A stretch of DNA of 64,000 bases, taken from Candidatus Marinacidobacterales bacterium. Its GTDB lineage: Bacteria > Acidobacteriota > Vicinamibacteria > Marinacidobacterales > DATDRI01. Position 1 is the first letter of the stretch. Every line of letters starts with the position of its first letter. Shown here one piece after another: positions 35,341 through 46,905 of the stretch. The stretch is taken from positions 1,664,001-1,728,000 of the forward strand of contig OZ244742.1 of the NCBI GenBank assembly GCA_965219415.1, read 5' to 3'. A program made the translations under genes and the position numbers. The notes under the pieces are model-generated. The model ran no database searches. It was not told the DNA's origin and saw only the letters and a list, made by a program, of their open reading frames with translations.

Positions 35341-36213
35341 GTGGACGTCTTTCTTCAACTCACTCTCTCGGGAATCAGCAACGGAATGATCTACGCGCTC
35401 ATCGCCGCGGGCTTCGTCATCATTTACAAGTCGAGCGATGTGATCAACTTCGCACAGGGCGAGTTCCTTTTACTTGGAGCCTATATCGCGACCGCCTTCA
35501 TCGCGCAGTTCGGTTTGCCGTGGAGTGTCGGCGTTCTCCTGACTCTAACTGCGGCCATTCTGCTCGGGCTCCTCGTCGAGCGACTGGTGCTGCGTCCTCT
35601 CATCGGCGAGCCTCTGATCTCGATGATCATGGTGACCATCGCTCTATCGAGTGTGCTGAAGGCGGTCGTCCTTGCAGTGTGGGGCACCAGACCGCGTGCC
35701 TTCCCGAGTTTCATACCCTCCACAGAGATCGTCGCCGGCACGGTCACATTAGGCGCCGATCGGTTCCTGATCATCGGCCTGACCGGTCTTCTCCTAGCCC
35801 TGGTGGGTCTTTTCTTTCGCTTCACGAGAGACGGCATCGCGATGCGAGCGATCGCCGACGACCAACAGGCCGCCTTGAGTATGGGGATCAGTATTCGCCG
35901 GATTCTTGCGGTGGCCTGGGCGATGTCAGCCGTTTGCGCGGCCGTCGGGGGAATTCTCCTCGCCAATATCGTGGGTGTCAGCCAAGAGATTAGCTCTATC
36001 GGTTTGAGGGTTTTCCCGGTGGTGATTCTGGGCGGGTTGGACTCCATTGCCGGAGCGATCCTCGGTGGAGCCATCATCGGTCTCCTCGAGGCGTACACCG
36101 CCGGATACATCGGCCACGGGCTGAATATGGTCGTGCCCTTCGTCGTTTTGATTCTGGTACTCATGGTGCGCCCCTATGGTCTCTTCGGCCGCGTGAAGAT
36201 CGAGCGGGTGTAG
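35341..36213 (+). CDS. livH: Liv-type ABC transporter permease
   Basis: YALIAAGF, INFAQGE, GIAMRA, ILGGLDS, RPYGLFG. Confidence 0.9.
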   Translation: MDVFLQLTLSGISNGMIYALIAAGFVIIYKSSDVINFAQGEFLLLGAYIATAFIAQFGLPWSVGVLLTLTAAILLGLLVERLVLRPLIGEPLISMIMVTIALSSVLKAVVLAVWGTRPRAFPSFIPSTEIVAGTVTLGADRFLIIGLTGLLLALVGLFFRFTRDGIAMRAIADDQQAALSMGISIRRILAVAWAMSAVCAAVGGILLANIVGVSQEISSIGLRVFPVVILGGLDSIAGAILGGAIIGLLEAYTAGYIGHGLNMVVPFVVLILVLMVRPYGLFGRVKIERV

Positions 36214-36233
36214 AGCGCGCATTAAGGCACTAG

Positions 36234-37277
36234 ATGGAATCCGGAATCTTCCACACCACCTACCAGGCCGACATGGCCTTGAGACGCCGCGTCTTCGAAA
36301 AAGTGAGACTCGGCCTCTTCGTCGCCTTTCTAATCGTGTTCCCGTTTTTCGCCACACCGTACGCGTTGAGTCTGGCGAACCAGATCGCCATCGCGACCGT
36401 GGGTGCCATCGGTCTCAACATCTTGGTTGGCTACACCGGCCAGATCTCTCTGGGTCAGGGGGCTTTCATGGCCATCGGAGCCTATGGTGCCGGCATCTTC
36501 ACGGCCCGCCTCGGAATACCTTTCTGGCTGAGCATTCCGATGGCGAGTTTACTCACGGCGGCCATCGGCCTCGTCTTCGGCTTGCCGTCGCTTCGCCTCA
36601 AAGGCCTGTACCTGGCCATCGCGACTCTCGCCGCGCAGCAAATCGTGGAATGGACGGTGACACATTGGACCGGATTGACCGGTGGCACAGAAGCGCTGGT
36701 GGTGCCCGCACCCACGCTGTTCGGGGTGCCCGTCAACAGCGGTTTTCGCTTTTATTGGATCTCGGCCGGGCTCGCAGGCTTGACCGCACTCTTTACGGCG
36801 AATCTGTTCCGATCCCGCGTCGGGCGCGCCTTCGTTGCGATTCGCGATCAAGACATTGCGGCGAGCGCACTCGGGGTCAACGTCTTCTACTACAAGCTGC
36901 TGGCCTTTGCGACGTCCTCTTTTTTCGTCGGAATGGCGGGAGCCCTACTGGCTCACTACCGCACCATCGTGACGTGGGAGCCTTTCACGCTCGAGACCAG
37001 CATCCGCTATCTGGCCATGATCATCATCGGAGGGTTAGGATCGATTGTCGGTTCGTTTTTCGGCGCAACGTTCATGGTTTTGCTGCCCGCCGTCATCACC
37101 ACCGTTGGCCGCAGCCTTCAAACAACGGCTCCCACCATGGCCAGCCTTCTGCCGGCCGCCCAGCAAGCGGCCTTCGGGATCGTCATCATCCTTTTCTTGA
37201 CTTTGGAGCCGGAGGGCCTCGCCAAAATGTGGAAGAACGTCAAGAACTATTTTCATGTTTGGCCCTTTTCCTACTGA
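36234..37277 (+). CDS. livM: Liv-type ABC transporter permease
   Basis: GYTGQISLGQ, LRLKGLYLAIATL, GRAFVAIRD, IIGGLGS, EPEGL. Confidence 0.9.
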   Translation: MESGIFHTTYQADMALRRRVFEKVRLGLFVAFLIVFPFFATPYALSLANQIAIATVGAIGLNILVGYTGQISLGQGAFMAIGAYGAGIFTARLGIPFWLSIPMASLLTAAIGLVFGLPSLRLKGLYLAIATLAAQQIVEWTVTHWTGLTGGTEALVVPAPTLFGVPVNSGFRFYWISAGLAGLTALFTANLFRSRVGRAFVAIRDQDIAASALGVNVFYYKLLAFATSSFFVGMAGALLAHYRTIVTWEPFTLETSIRYLAMIIIGGLGSIVGSFFGATFMVLLPAVITTVGRSLQTTAPTMASLLPAAQQAAFGIVIILFLTLEPEGLAKMWKNVKNYFHVWPFSY

Positions 37278-37447
37278 AACCGCCCACTCGATTCTGAATG
37301 AGGCCAAAAGGCAGCACCCCTCCATGACAAGATAAGCGATTCCCCAGCTTATAGATCGCCTGAGCTCGTGGGGATATCCCCCCTAGACATTTTTCTCCCG
37401 CTCGCGCCACGTATCCTTCGTTATAATCGGGCCCGAAGGAGCCTGCC

Positions 37448-40400
37448 ATGAAACGGTACCGGCTTGTTCCGCAAAGGAATTTCCAAGCGATCGTCCTGTT
37501 ACTGACTTTGCTGGTTGGCCGGTCCGATGTAACGGCGCAGACCCGCGAACGGCGTAACTTCTACGGCATGCACAACCTGAAGGACGGCGGAACCTCCATC
37601 CCCGAGGGCATGAATTGGACCCGACACATGGTCGGCGAGGGGGGGGTTGGGTCTTCGACTGGGTGCGCGGGGACTACGGCAAGTGGGTCGTCGACGCGAT
37701 GGATCGCGGCCTCATTCCCGTCCTGAGAGTTCAAAGACTGCAACGGAGGATGCGATCCGGGAGACGGCCATCCGGGAATCGTCGCCTCCATCATCAGACA
37801 ACACCTCGAAACGCATCGACCCGAATATCTCGACCGGCTCGTTTATTTCCAGATCTGGAACGAGCCGGGCGACTCGCGCGATTTCGTGAGCCCCGCTCGC
37901 TATGCCAGCCATCTGGTGGCGGCTTACGACGGGGTCAAGCGAGCCGATCCGAACGACGTCTTCCGCGTCATGACACCGGGCCAGAACGGCGAGGCGTGGT
38001 GGGAAGAGGCGATACGTGCCGTCCCAGCCGTGTGCCAGGCCTTCGATGTTTGGGCCACCCATCCCTATCCGGAGTCGTACCCTCCTCGCTACAACCACCA
38101 CGACGGGCGTTCCCTTCATCAACCAAGTCAAGACCATCGACAGCTACCTACTCGACCTGGACGTGGTAGGGCGTGTCTGCGACGAGGTGGGCTCACCCCG
38201 GCGGGGCTTTCCGGTCATGATCACAGAGACCATCTACGGAGACCATCTCGGGATCTCGTTCGAGGGCTACCCCAAAACGACGCGCGGCGCTGCCTGCAGC
38301 CCGGATGGACCCTGCGACTTCCAGATGGCGGCCGAGTACAACGTGGCGGCGTTCACTCAGTTTTGGCACAACTGGCCGGAAGTCCTCGCGGTGCACCCCT
38401 TCATCCTCAATAACTGGGCATGGGATCACTTTGCCTTGGTCAGCAAAACGAGTGGCTCGCGCGACTTCGATCCGATTCCGCCGTGGTGTCCGCCCCAGGA
38501 TCCCGGAGCTCAGACGTCGTGGCCCCCCGGGTATTCCGAGGGTGCGCAGCGATGTGGACTTCCCGACTTCCCCTACCCACAGTGCGTCGCACTCCTTCGA
38601 ACTCCGAAGCCCCTACCGGCTAGCCTCGAACCGTATCGGGGATCGGTAGGGAGCATCCGCGGGTTTCTTCGGCGCAGTGACACCGGCGAGCCAGTCAAGT
38701 ACGGCACGGTCTTCACCGATGGGCGTGAGTTCGGCGGGCCTTCTTTGTTTGACGGTCAGTACGCCATCAACGACATTCCGGCGGGCACCTACACCCTGAG
38801 CGTCGAGAAAGTAGGCTACCGATCGGAGTCAACCACCGTCACCGTCCAGGAAGGTCAGGAAGCCCAGGTGGACTTCAATCTCCTCTTCCAGGGGAAAGTA
38901 TCCAAGGGCATCTACTTCCAGAACCAAGGCACCTGCAGTAGCTGTGATCTTTTTGGCCCCTTTCTGGGTCAGACCGTCACGATTGCCGACGACGTGGGTT
39001 TCATCCAATTCGTTGCCGGCATGCCCAACGTCGGCAACTTGACGATCAAATTCTCCGTTCTCGAGGGCGGCCCCACCGGTCCCCAAGTCGGCCCGTCCGT
39101 GACAGCTCCCCTCGAGTGGGGAGGCGAGATGATCGGCGTCGAGTTTCCGGGCGACGGCGTTCCGGTCGAGCCCGGCCAGACCTATTTCATCAAGATGGAG
39201 AGAGAGGACGGGCAGGGAGTTTACATGTATGCCACCGACTCCGATCCCTACCCCGATGGCATCGCCTACCGCGGCAACGACCCTCTTCCCGGGATCGACC
39301 TGTTCGCGACGGTGCGCGGGCGCACGGTGGCCATTAACAGCGCGGCGGGTAGTATCGAAGGTTTGGTGGAGGACGCGGGCAACCTACCTCTCGCCGGTGC
39401 TCACATCTCCACGAATCCCGGCAACCACACCACCATGACCGACAGTAGCGGACAGTTTCTTTTGAGTGGGATACCAGCGGGCGTCTACGAGGTCACCGCT
39501 TCGTTTGCCGGATTCTCGTCCCTGACACTCAACGATGTCCTCGTCGTCGAAAATCAGACCACCACGCTGCCGTTCACTTTGGCAAAAGACATCAGCACCG
39601 GAGCCGTGACCGGCTCGGTTCTGGATCCGACTGGCGCTTCTGTTCCCAACGCCACGGTGCAGCTCCTTCCCGGCGGCCCTTCGGTCGCTACCGACTCGGC
39701 CGGAACGTTTTCGCTCGCCGGAATCGCTCCGGGAACGTATGACATGCGCGCAACCAAGACCAGATTCGTGGCCGACGAGAGGAGCGGAGTGCAAATCGTC
39801 GGTGGCGAAACGACGAACGTGGACTTCCAGCTATCTCCCGAGCCGCCGCCCCCGCCCCCAGACAATCTCATCGTCAATGGCGACTTCTCTCAGGGGGTCG
39901 ACGGCTGGTCGGTCTGGACGGAGCGTGGAGATCTGACCCCAACGGTCAACGGAAGCGGTGCGGTTCATCTGTCTGCGGTCGGACACAACGGCGGCGTCTA
40001 TCAATCTTTTGAAACCGGCGGGGCCGGCAACACCATCGATATCTTCGGCTCATGGGCGAGTGAGCCCACTGTCGTCCAGGCGCAGTGGGCCGAGGTACTC
40101 GTCATCAACGGTTCGGGTGTTCCGGCGACCGGGGTCGATTTGAACGAGAACACTCCCGGCGTCGTCATGATCTACAAGAACGACACCTGGGCCTCCCCCG
40201 GCGGATGGTCGGGCGAAATGGATCAAACGGCTCCCGTCAACAACATCGGTTCGTTCGTGGCGGCCGGCGACACCGCCACCATTGTGCTCAAGAGCGGGAA
40301 CCTACTCGGAGTGAGCTCGGGAACGCTTTTCGACGACATCGTGGTCCGTGGCCCTGCCGTCGTTCCTCCCCCTCCTCCTCCTGATAACCAATCACCGGTG

Positions 40401-42166
40401 GCCGCGGCCCAAGCCGATCCCGACTCGGGTAATGCACCCTTGACCGTGAGCTTCGACGGTTTCGCGTCTACCGATCCCGACGGCGACGTATTGACTTACA
40501 GCCGGAGCTTCGGCGATGGACAACAGGGGTCGGGCGCGATGGTGAGTCACACTTACGCAACGCCCGGCTCGTTCACCGCGGCGCTCACCGTTACCGACGG
40601 TCACGGCGGTTCCGACACGAACTCGGTGACCATCACCGTTAGCGATACCGTTCCTCCACCCATTCCTCCTTCGGTAGAGTGGGACTCCAGACTGGACACG
40701 CTAGGAGTGTTCTTGGATGGGGCGGATGTTGCGGTCGGCAGCTTCTACTGGAGGCTCGTGAGTGCGGACTTCGAAAGCGACGGGGAGATCCTCCCGCCGC
40801 CGGGAGGTGGAAACGAGTCCGGAGGCAGACACGCGGTTTTTGTCAAAGCCCTCAATGAAGACGGTTCCCCGGTTGAGAATCAGAAAGTCATCGCCTCTTG
40901 GCCCACCGGAAACCCTATTACCGCGGTCGATGTTTTAACCAAGGGCCCGCTCGACGATTTCTGGGGCGACTTCCCCATGTCCGGCGGGAATTGGTGTCCT
41001 TTTTTCCCCGAAGGTCCTCGCGGCCCTTTACGGCGCCTACATGGCCGACGCCACGAGCGATGCCGTCTGGGGCATGGGCATGCCGTGCAACCGTCGCGTC
41101 AGCTTTCGGCTGGTTTGGCGGTGGACCCGGAAAGCCGCAGACGATCCAAACAACGAGCCGTCCGCCTCGGTCTCGGCCGATCCCATCAACGGTAACACTC
41201 CGCTGGTGGTGACGCTCGACGGAAGTGGCTCGAGCGATCCGGACGGAGACCCGTTGACGTACGCCTGGAGCTTCGGGGATGGGCAAGCCGGCGCGGGCGC
41301 CGTCGTCTCCCACACTTATGAGCAAAGTGGATCATTCGACGCCACGCTGACGGTGGACGACGGGCGAAGCGGCACCGCGAGTACCACGATCCGCATCGAG
41401 GTCGGAAGTGTGGCGAACGCCCCTCCTATTGCGTCGGCTTCGGCCAGCACGACCGGCGGCATTCAACCCTTGACCGTGACGTTCGACGGAAGCGGCTCTT
41501 CGGATCCCGACGGAGACCCCATCGGCTACTCATTGGATTTCGGAGATGGCCAACAAGGCTCCGGGGTGAGCGTCAACCATACCTACGAATTCGCCGGCAA
41601 CTTTACCGCGCTTCTCACCATTGCGGATGGCCGGGGCGGCACCGACACCGCCGCCATCACCGTGACGGTGAGCTCGGTAGGCGGTGGAACCGGAAAAAGC
41701 AAGCTCACCATTCACGCCGGGTTCGGAGGACCTCTTTCCATGCAATTCGTGGCCGAGGCCAAGCCACGCATCATCAAGATCCTGGACTCCTTCAGCGCGG
41801 CCCCTGAAATCAAACGCATTTCACCGGAGACTCAAATCATCGGCCGAGCCTTTCTCGCCAACCAACCGATGGATGGTGATCCGATCCAACGCGCGCAGGA
41901 ATGGTGGAGCGGAAACGCCAACCTGATCCAGCAGTTTCCAGATGTGGACTACTGGGAGGGTTACAACGAACCCATCGTTCAGACGGTCGAGCTGATGGGT
42001 TGATACGCCCAGTTCGAGACGGAAAGGGTACGAATCCTAGCCGAGCATGGACTCAAGGCCGTCATCGCAAACTTCTCCGTGGGTAACCCCGACCTACCTC
42101 TGTGGCCGGCGTTTTATCCCGCGATCGATGCTGCCATCGCGCACGGGGGGATCTTGGGACTCCACT
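37448..42166 (+). CDS. Giant secreted multidomain protein: GH-A-like barrel, carboxypeptidase-regulatory-like repeats, CBM-like module, 3 PKD domains and a second GH-like barrel; frameshifted and 3' truncated
   Basis: TATAAT and SD AAGGAG upstream; signal peptide; FQIWNEP...THPYP...VMITET; three G.Y.(L/V/M) beta-sandwich repeats; FDGS.S.DPDGD...W.FGDG PKD motifs; DYWEGYNEP...GILGLH; in-frame TGA at 42001. Confidence 0.7.
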
Positions 42167-42468
42167 CCATCCTTTGCGCAAGCCGACGGCGGATCACCGT
42201 ATCGTTCTGGTCGAGGCCCATCGCGATCGCTTCGCGATAGAGGATTTCCTCGCGAATAAACTGCTTGATGAGACCTTCGAGCTCTCTCTCAGTCGGGGGA
42301 CGCCCTCCATTGCCGCTGCCAAAGGGCGCGCATGCGTTCGATATCATCGGCCATTACCTCGACTCGATTACCCCCGTCGGAAGGACCTCTCTTGAAAAGC
42401 GTGTACAGCCCGAAAAGGACGACCACGATAGCGAGGAAATGAAGCAAAGGATTGCGCTGCCATTTCAT
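42163..42468 (-). pseudogene. N-terminal fragment of a PpiC-type peptidyl-prolyl isomerase
   Basis: MKWQRNPLLHFLAIVVVLFGLY...WQRQW/RPPTERELEGLIKQFIREEILYREAIAMGLDQNDTVIRRRLAQRME, then an abrupt end. Confidence 0.7.
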
Positions 42469-42563
42469 CGGTCAGAACAATACCCGGACTCAGCGGCCGG
42501 TGGAACCCGTAAAACTACGGGCTTTCTCGGAGGAAGCTTAATGAGCACGTAACAGCCTTTATT

Positions 42564-42938
42564 TCAATGGCTTGCACACACACCCGGCGTGTCCAGAAAC
42601 CCGGCGGCGGCTCGGTTGAACGCTCCAGGGTTCTCCAAGTTCGAGGTATGCCCCGCGTCCGGAAGAACGACTCGTTTCGACCCTGCTATCTTCTCGTGGA
42701 GGAAGCGGGTGCGCTCGTGCAAATCGATATGGTCGAGCTCGCCGACCAAGAGCAGCGTTGGCACGTTGATGAAATCCCGCTCAAAGAAATCGAACTGAGC
42801 GTCCCACTGCCGCGAATCCATCGCGCTACCACCGCCGACGAATACGATCGGGCAACCTCCTCCGGCCGTCTCGTAGTAGAGGGGCGTGGCGGACACGACG
42901 CTCAACACGGCCGTCCAAATCAAGACTGCATGCTTCAT
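42564..42938 (-). pseudogene. Alpha/beta hydrolase with a large in-frame internal deletion
   Basis: LYYETAGGG.PIVF...RQWDAQF is joined directly to INVPTLLLVGELD...DAGHTSNLENP; the GxSxG nucleophile region is missing. Confidence 0.7.
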
Positions 42939-43073
42939 GGCATTCTCCAACGACGCTGGTACGCTCCCTCCTGCACCTTCGTCATTGATGCATACTAGCA
43001 ATTCTCGACGGACCGGCCTGGACGTGCGAGCCGGTCGGTCTTAGAATCGGGTGGCGACGTACCGGAGGACCAC

Positions 43074-44273
43074 GTGCAAAGGTATCTGCCTGTCGTAGCT
43101 TGTCTCATCGGTCTAAGCCTCAGCTTCGGCTGCGGGAGTGGGAACGACGAAGCTGCTGGCCCCGCCCCAATTAAGATTGGCGCCATCTTCGCCCTCACCG
43201 GGCCCACCTCGGATGTCGGGACCACGTACGCCGAAGGTCTCCGTGGCTTCGTGGAGTGGACTAATCAGAATGGCGGCGTCGAAGGTCGGCCCCTCGAGCT
43301 CATCTTCCAGGACTACGGGTACAAGGTCGATCAGGCCGAGCTGCTTTATACGCAATTCGTGCAAGAAGGCGCGGTGGTGTTCCAAGGATGGGGCACCGGG
43401 GATACCGAGGCACTGCGAGGTCGTATCGCGGCCGACAAGGTTCCTTTCATGTCCGCTTCTTACTCTTACGTGCTGGGAAACCCGGACGAAGCGCCTTACA
43501 ACTTCCTGGTGGGAACCAGCTATAGCGAACAGCTTTTCATCCTTCTTGATTGGATCCTGGAAAACCATGAGAGGCCTGAAGCCCCATCGGTCGCGCTGAT
43601 GCACCATCCGTCACCTTTTGGGCTTTCGCCGTTCGAGCAGGGAGGTAAGGGCTACGCGGAGCGCAAGGGAGTGAAACTCACGGCGCACGAGATGGCCCGC
43701 GCAGCCACCGACTACACCGCCGAGCTCACGAAGATCCGCGAAGAAGGTGCTCGGTACGTCGTTTTTCAAAACACCTCCGGACCGGTGTCCTTGGTGCTCA
43801 AGAACGCGCGCCGCCTAGGCCTCGACATCGATTTCCTTTGTCTCAACTGGTGCACCAACGAGCTGCTCCCCGAGCTCGCTCTCGAGTCTGCAGAGGGAGT
43901 CGTCGGCTCCATGCTCTTTTCCCCTCCCGGGCCCGGCATCGAGGGGCTAAAGGACGCCGAAGCCTATTTGAGCTCGCGAGGAGACTCCCTACAAGAAAAA
44001 GGAAGCGTCTACGGCCAGGGTTGGTGGACGATGGCGGTGATGATCGACGGTGTCCGCCGAGTCGTCGCGGAAGGAAAGGAGCTGACGGGAGAGAACATCA
44101 AGGTGGCGTTGGAGAGCATCACCGATCTCGACACCGGCGGAGTCACCTTTCCGATCACCTTCACCGCTCGAGATCATCGGGGCTCCAAAGGCATGAAACT
44201 CTTTCGCGTCGAGAACGGAGAGTGGCAACCGCTCACGGATTTCCGGACCAGCGACCATGCTCCGACTGAATAA
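43074..44273 (+). CDS. Liv-type ABC substrate-binding lipoprotein
   Basis: Lipobox SFGC; IKIGAIFALTGPTSDVG, GWGTGDTEAL, DTGG. Confidence 0.88.
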   Translation: MQRYLPVVACLIGLSLSFGCGSGNDEAAGPAPIKIGAIFALTGPTSDVGTTYAEGLRGFVEWTNQNGGVEGRPLELIFQDYGYKVDQAELLYTQFVQEGAVVFQGWGTGDTEALRGRIAADKVPFMSASYSYVLGNPDEAPYNFLVGTSYSEQLFILLDWILENHERPEAPSVALMHHPSPFGLSPFEQGGKGYAERKGVKLTAHEMARAATDYTAELTKIREEGARYVVFQNTSGPVSLVLKNARRLGLDIDFLCLNWCTNELLPELALESAEGVVGSMLFSPPGPGIEGLKDAEAYLSSRGDSLQEKGSVYGQGWWTMAVMIDGVRRVVAEGKELTGENIKVALESITDLDTGGVTFPITFTARDHRGSKGMKLFRVENGEWQPLTDFRTSDHAPTE

Positions 44274-45051
44274 CGTCGAAGTCATCTATGATCGGGTCAT
44301 CCTCGTCCTCAAAGGCCTATCCCTTCAGGTCGAAACGGGTCAGATCTCAGTCCTCCTGGGTACCAATGGCGCCGGCAAATCGACGACCCTGAAAGCCATT
44401 TCCGGGCTCCTCAAGCCCGAGAACGGCGAGGTGACCGACGGCGCCATCGAGTTTCTAGGAGAGCCCATCCACCATCTCGCCGCCGAAACCATCGTCCAAC
44501 ACGGGATTTTTCAGGTGATGGAGGGACGACGGGTCTTCGAGCACCTGACCGTGGAGGAGAACCTCCTTGCCGGGGGCTACACGCGCCCCGATCAGAATCG
44601 CATGCGTTCCGAGCTAGGGCACGTATTCGACTATTTCCCTGCCCTGAAAGAACGCTCCCACCAGCACGCCGGTTATCTCTCCGGCGGCGAGCAGCAAATG
44701 TTGGCCATCGGACGCGCCCTCATGGCGCGGCCCAAGCTGATGCTTCTGGATGAGCCTTCTTTGGGCCTCGCTCCCATTTTGGTGCGGGAGATCTTCGAGA
44801 TCGTACGGCGCATCAAGCGCGAAGAAGGAACCACCATACTCCTCGTCGAGCAGAACGCGGCGCTGGCACTCGAGATCGCCGACTATGGGTACATCATGGA
44901 AGGCGGGCGCGTCGTCCTAGAGGGCGAGCCAGAAGTGCTTCGCCAAAACGAAGACGTGAAAGAGTTCTACCTGGGACTCACAGAAATGGGTCAAAGGAAA
45001 TCCTACCGCGACGTTAAACACTACAAGCGTCGAAAACGTTGGTTGTCGTGA
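44257..45051 (+). CDS. livF: Liv-type ABC transporter ATP-binding protein
   Basis: GTNGAGKST, LSGGEQQMLAIGRALM, LDEPSLGLAP, YKRRKRWL. Confidence 0.92.
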   Translation: MLRLNNVEVIYDRVILVLKGLSLQVETGQISVLLGTNGAGKSTTLKAISGLLKPENGEVTDGAIEFLGEPIHHLAAETIVQHGIFQVMEGRRVFEHLTVEENLLAGGYTRPDQNRMRSELGHVFDYFPALKERSHQHAGYLSGGEQQMLAIGRALMARPKLMLLDEPSLGLAPILVREIFEIVRRIKREEGTTILLVEQNAALALEIADYGYIMEGGRVVLEGEPEVLRQNEDVKEFYLGLTEMGQRKSYRDVKHYKRRKRWLS

Positions 45052-45076
45052 AGTGACTTATTGCTATAATCCTGCC

Positions 45077-45484
45077 ATGCGATACACGACGCTTTTCACC
45101 TTGACGCTACTTCTTTTCGCGGCCGCCTGCGGCGACTCAACGACTGACTCTACCGAGCTCTTGACGGTGAGAGGCGTCGTGGTCTCGGACCAGGCGGTTA
45201 CCTTTGATGCCGACTCCGTCCTCATCGTCCGCTTGTCGGACGTCAGCCTACAAGACACTCTCTCCCCCATCGTCTCTGAACAGGTCATTTCGGGTCCGCG
45301 CGAGCTTCCGGTCCCGTTTCCTCTGCCATATTCTCCGGAGCAGATCGGCGAGGGCAATACCTACTCGGTAGGCGCCCGCATCGAGCGTGGGACCACCCTC
45401 CTCTACATCAGCACGACGTCCAATCCCGTGATCACCAACGGGAACCCGGATCGCACGGACGTCGAGGTGGAGCAAGTGAATTAG
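45077..45484 (+). CDS. YbaY family lipoprotein
   Basis: Lipobox AAAC; VRLSDVSLQD, PVPFPLPY, YSVGARI; TGcTATAAT 6 nt upstream of the ATG. Confidence 0.8.
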   Translation: MRYTTLFTLTLLLFAAACGDSTTDSTELLTVRGVVVSDQAVTFDADSVLIVRLSDVSLQDTLSPIVSEQVISGPRELPVPFPLPYSPEQIGEGNTYSVGARIERGTTLLYISTTSNPVITNGNPDRTDVEVEQVN

Positions 45485-45611
45485 CGCTGGTCCGCAGTAG
45501 CGGGCTAGACGCCTTCCCGAACAACAGATTCAATCGAAGGGTAGGTAAAGGGGCTCGGCGTAACGCGATCCTTTTTTTCAACCGGGGACGCTCGACGCAT
45601 CGCGATGCCCT

Positions 45612-46886
45612 GTGGTAGACCTTCGATCTCGAATGACTGAAGACCGCGCCGTCTACATGCCCGAAGTGGAAGCAGCTTCCCCGGAAGCTCGCTCGGCGTA
45701 CGAGGACGATCTGGTGCGGCGCGCCGTCGCCTTTGCGGCTGAGAGATCCACAGAAATCCGCGAACGACTGAGGAAGGCCGGAATCACCCCTGAAAGCATC
45801 GGCGGAGTCGAAGACCTGCCTCGAGTTCCGGTGCTGTCCAAGGAGACGCTGCCAACACTTCAGGCGGGCGCACCGCCCTTCGGTGGGATGCTCGCGGTGT
45901 CCGCGTCGAAGCTCCGGCGCGTATACATGTCTCCCGGTCCCATCTTCGATCCAGAGGGCGATCAAGATGACTTTTGGCGCTGGGCCCCGGCGCTTTGGGC
46001 TTCCGGGTTTCGGCCCGACGACATCGTGTACAACACCTTCTCCTACCACCTCACTCCGGCGGGAGCCATGATGGAGGAAGGCTTGCGCGCCATCGGATGC
46101 ACCGTCATCCCCGGGGGCGTTGGAAACACCGAGCTTCAGGTGGAGTTTCTCTCTAAGGCGGCGGCTACGGGATATGTCGGCACGCCGGCATTCTTGCTAA
46201 CCATGATGGAACAAGCCAAGGAAAGAGGCCTGGCGCTTTCGCTCCGGCGAGCCTTTGTCTCCGGAGCCCCGCTCTCTCATTCTCTGCGTAGGACCCTGCA
46301 ATCGGACTACCGCCTCTCGGTCTTCCAGGGCTACGGCACCGCGGATGCAGGCGCCCTTGGGTACGAGTGCGAGAAAGCGGAAGGGTGGCACATCGCACCG
46401 GGCGTCGTGATCGAAGTCGTCAATCCTGCCTCGGGGCAACCGGTCGAGCTCGGGGAAACGGGCGAAGTCGTGGTCACGGCACCCAATGATGTCTACCCTC
46501 TCGTCCGCTTTGGTACAGGGGATCTTTCCGCCTTCATGGCCGCGGCTTGTTCCTGCGGACGAACGACGCCGCGCCTCGTGGGCTTCCTAGGGCGGGCCGG
46601 CGACGGCGTGAAAGTACGCGGCATGTTCGTCCATGCCAGTCAGCTCGCAAAGGCGTTTTCGGAGATCGAGCCCGTCGCTCGCTATCAGGCGGTGGTCAAT
46701 CAAGTAAGTCACAAGGACGAGCTCACTATTCAAGTGGAGGGCAAACCGGGAGCGACACTCGATAAGGAGAAGCTTACCGACATCCTCCGGGGCGCGTTGA
46801 AGCTCCGCGTTGCGGTTACTATCTTGCCGCCCGGCTCCCTCCCCGACGAAGCGAAACCGCTAGTCGATGAGCGGACGTGGGACTAG
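45612..46886 (+). CDS. Phenylacetate-CoA ligase family protein
   Basis: YMSPGPIFDP, YHLTPAG, PGGVGNTE, YGTAD, PLVRFGTGD, KVRGMF. Confidence 0.88.
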   Translation: MVDLRSRMTEDRAVYMPEVEAASPEARSAYEDDLVRRAVAFAAERSTEIRERLRKAGITPESIGGVEDLPRVPVLSKETLPTLQAGAPPFGGMLAVSASKLRRVYMSPGPIFDPEGDQDDFWRWAPALWASGFRPDDIVYNTFSYHLTPAGAMMEEGLRAIGCTVIPGGVGNTELQVEFLSKAAATGYVGTPAFLLTMMEQAKERGLALSLRRAFVSGAPLSHSLRRTLQSDYRLSVFQGYGTADAGALGYECEKAEGWHIAPGVVIEVVNPASGQPVELGETGEVVVTAPNDVYPLVRFGTGDLSAFMAAACSCGRTTPRLVGFLGRAGDGVKVRGMFVHASQLAKAFSEIEPVARYQAVVNQVSHKDELTIQVEGKPGATLDKEKLTDILRGALKLRVAVTILPPGSLPDEAKPLVDERTWD

Positions 46887-46905
46887 GGGACTAAGGCGGC
46901 GGGAT

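Noticed and set aside
40385-41670. Repeated GATCCCGACGG/TTCGGCGATGG DNA segments as a CRISPR or repeat array
   Set aside because: They are coding PKD-domain repeats with degenerate third positions and no constant repeat-spacer period
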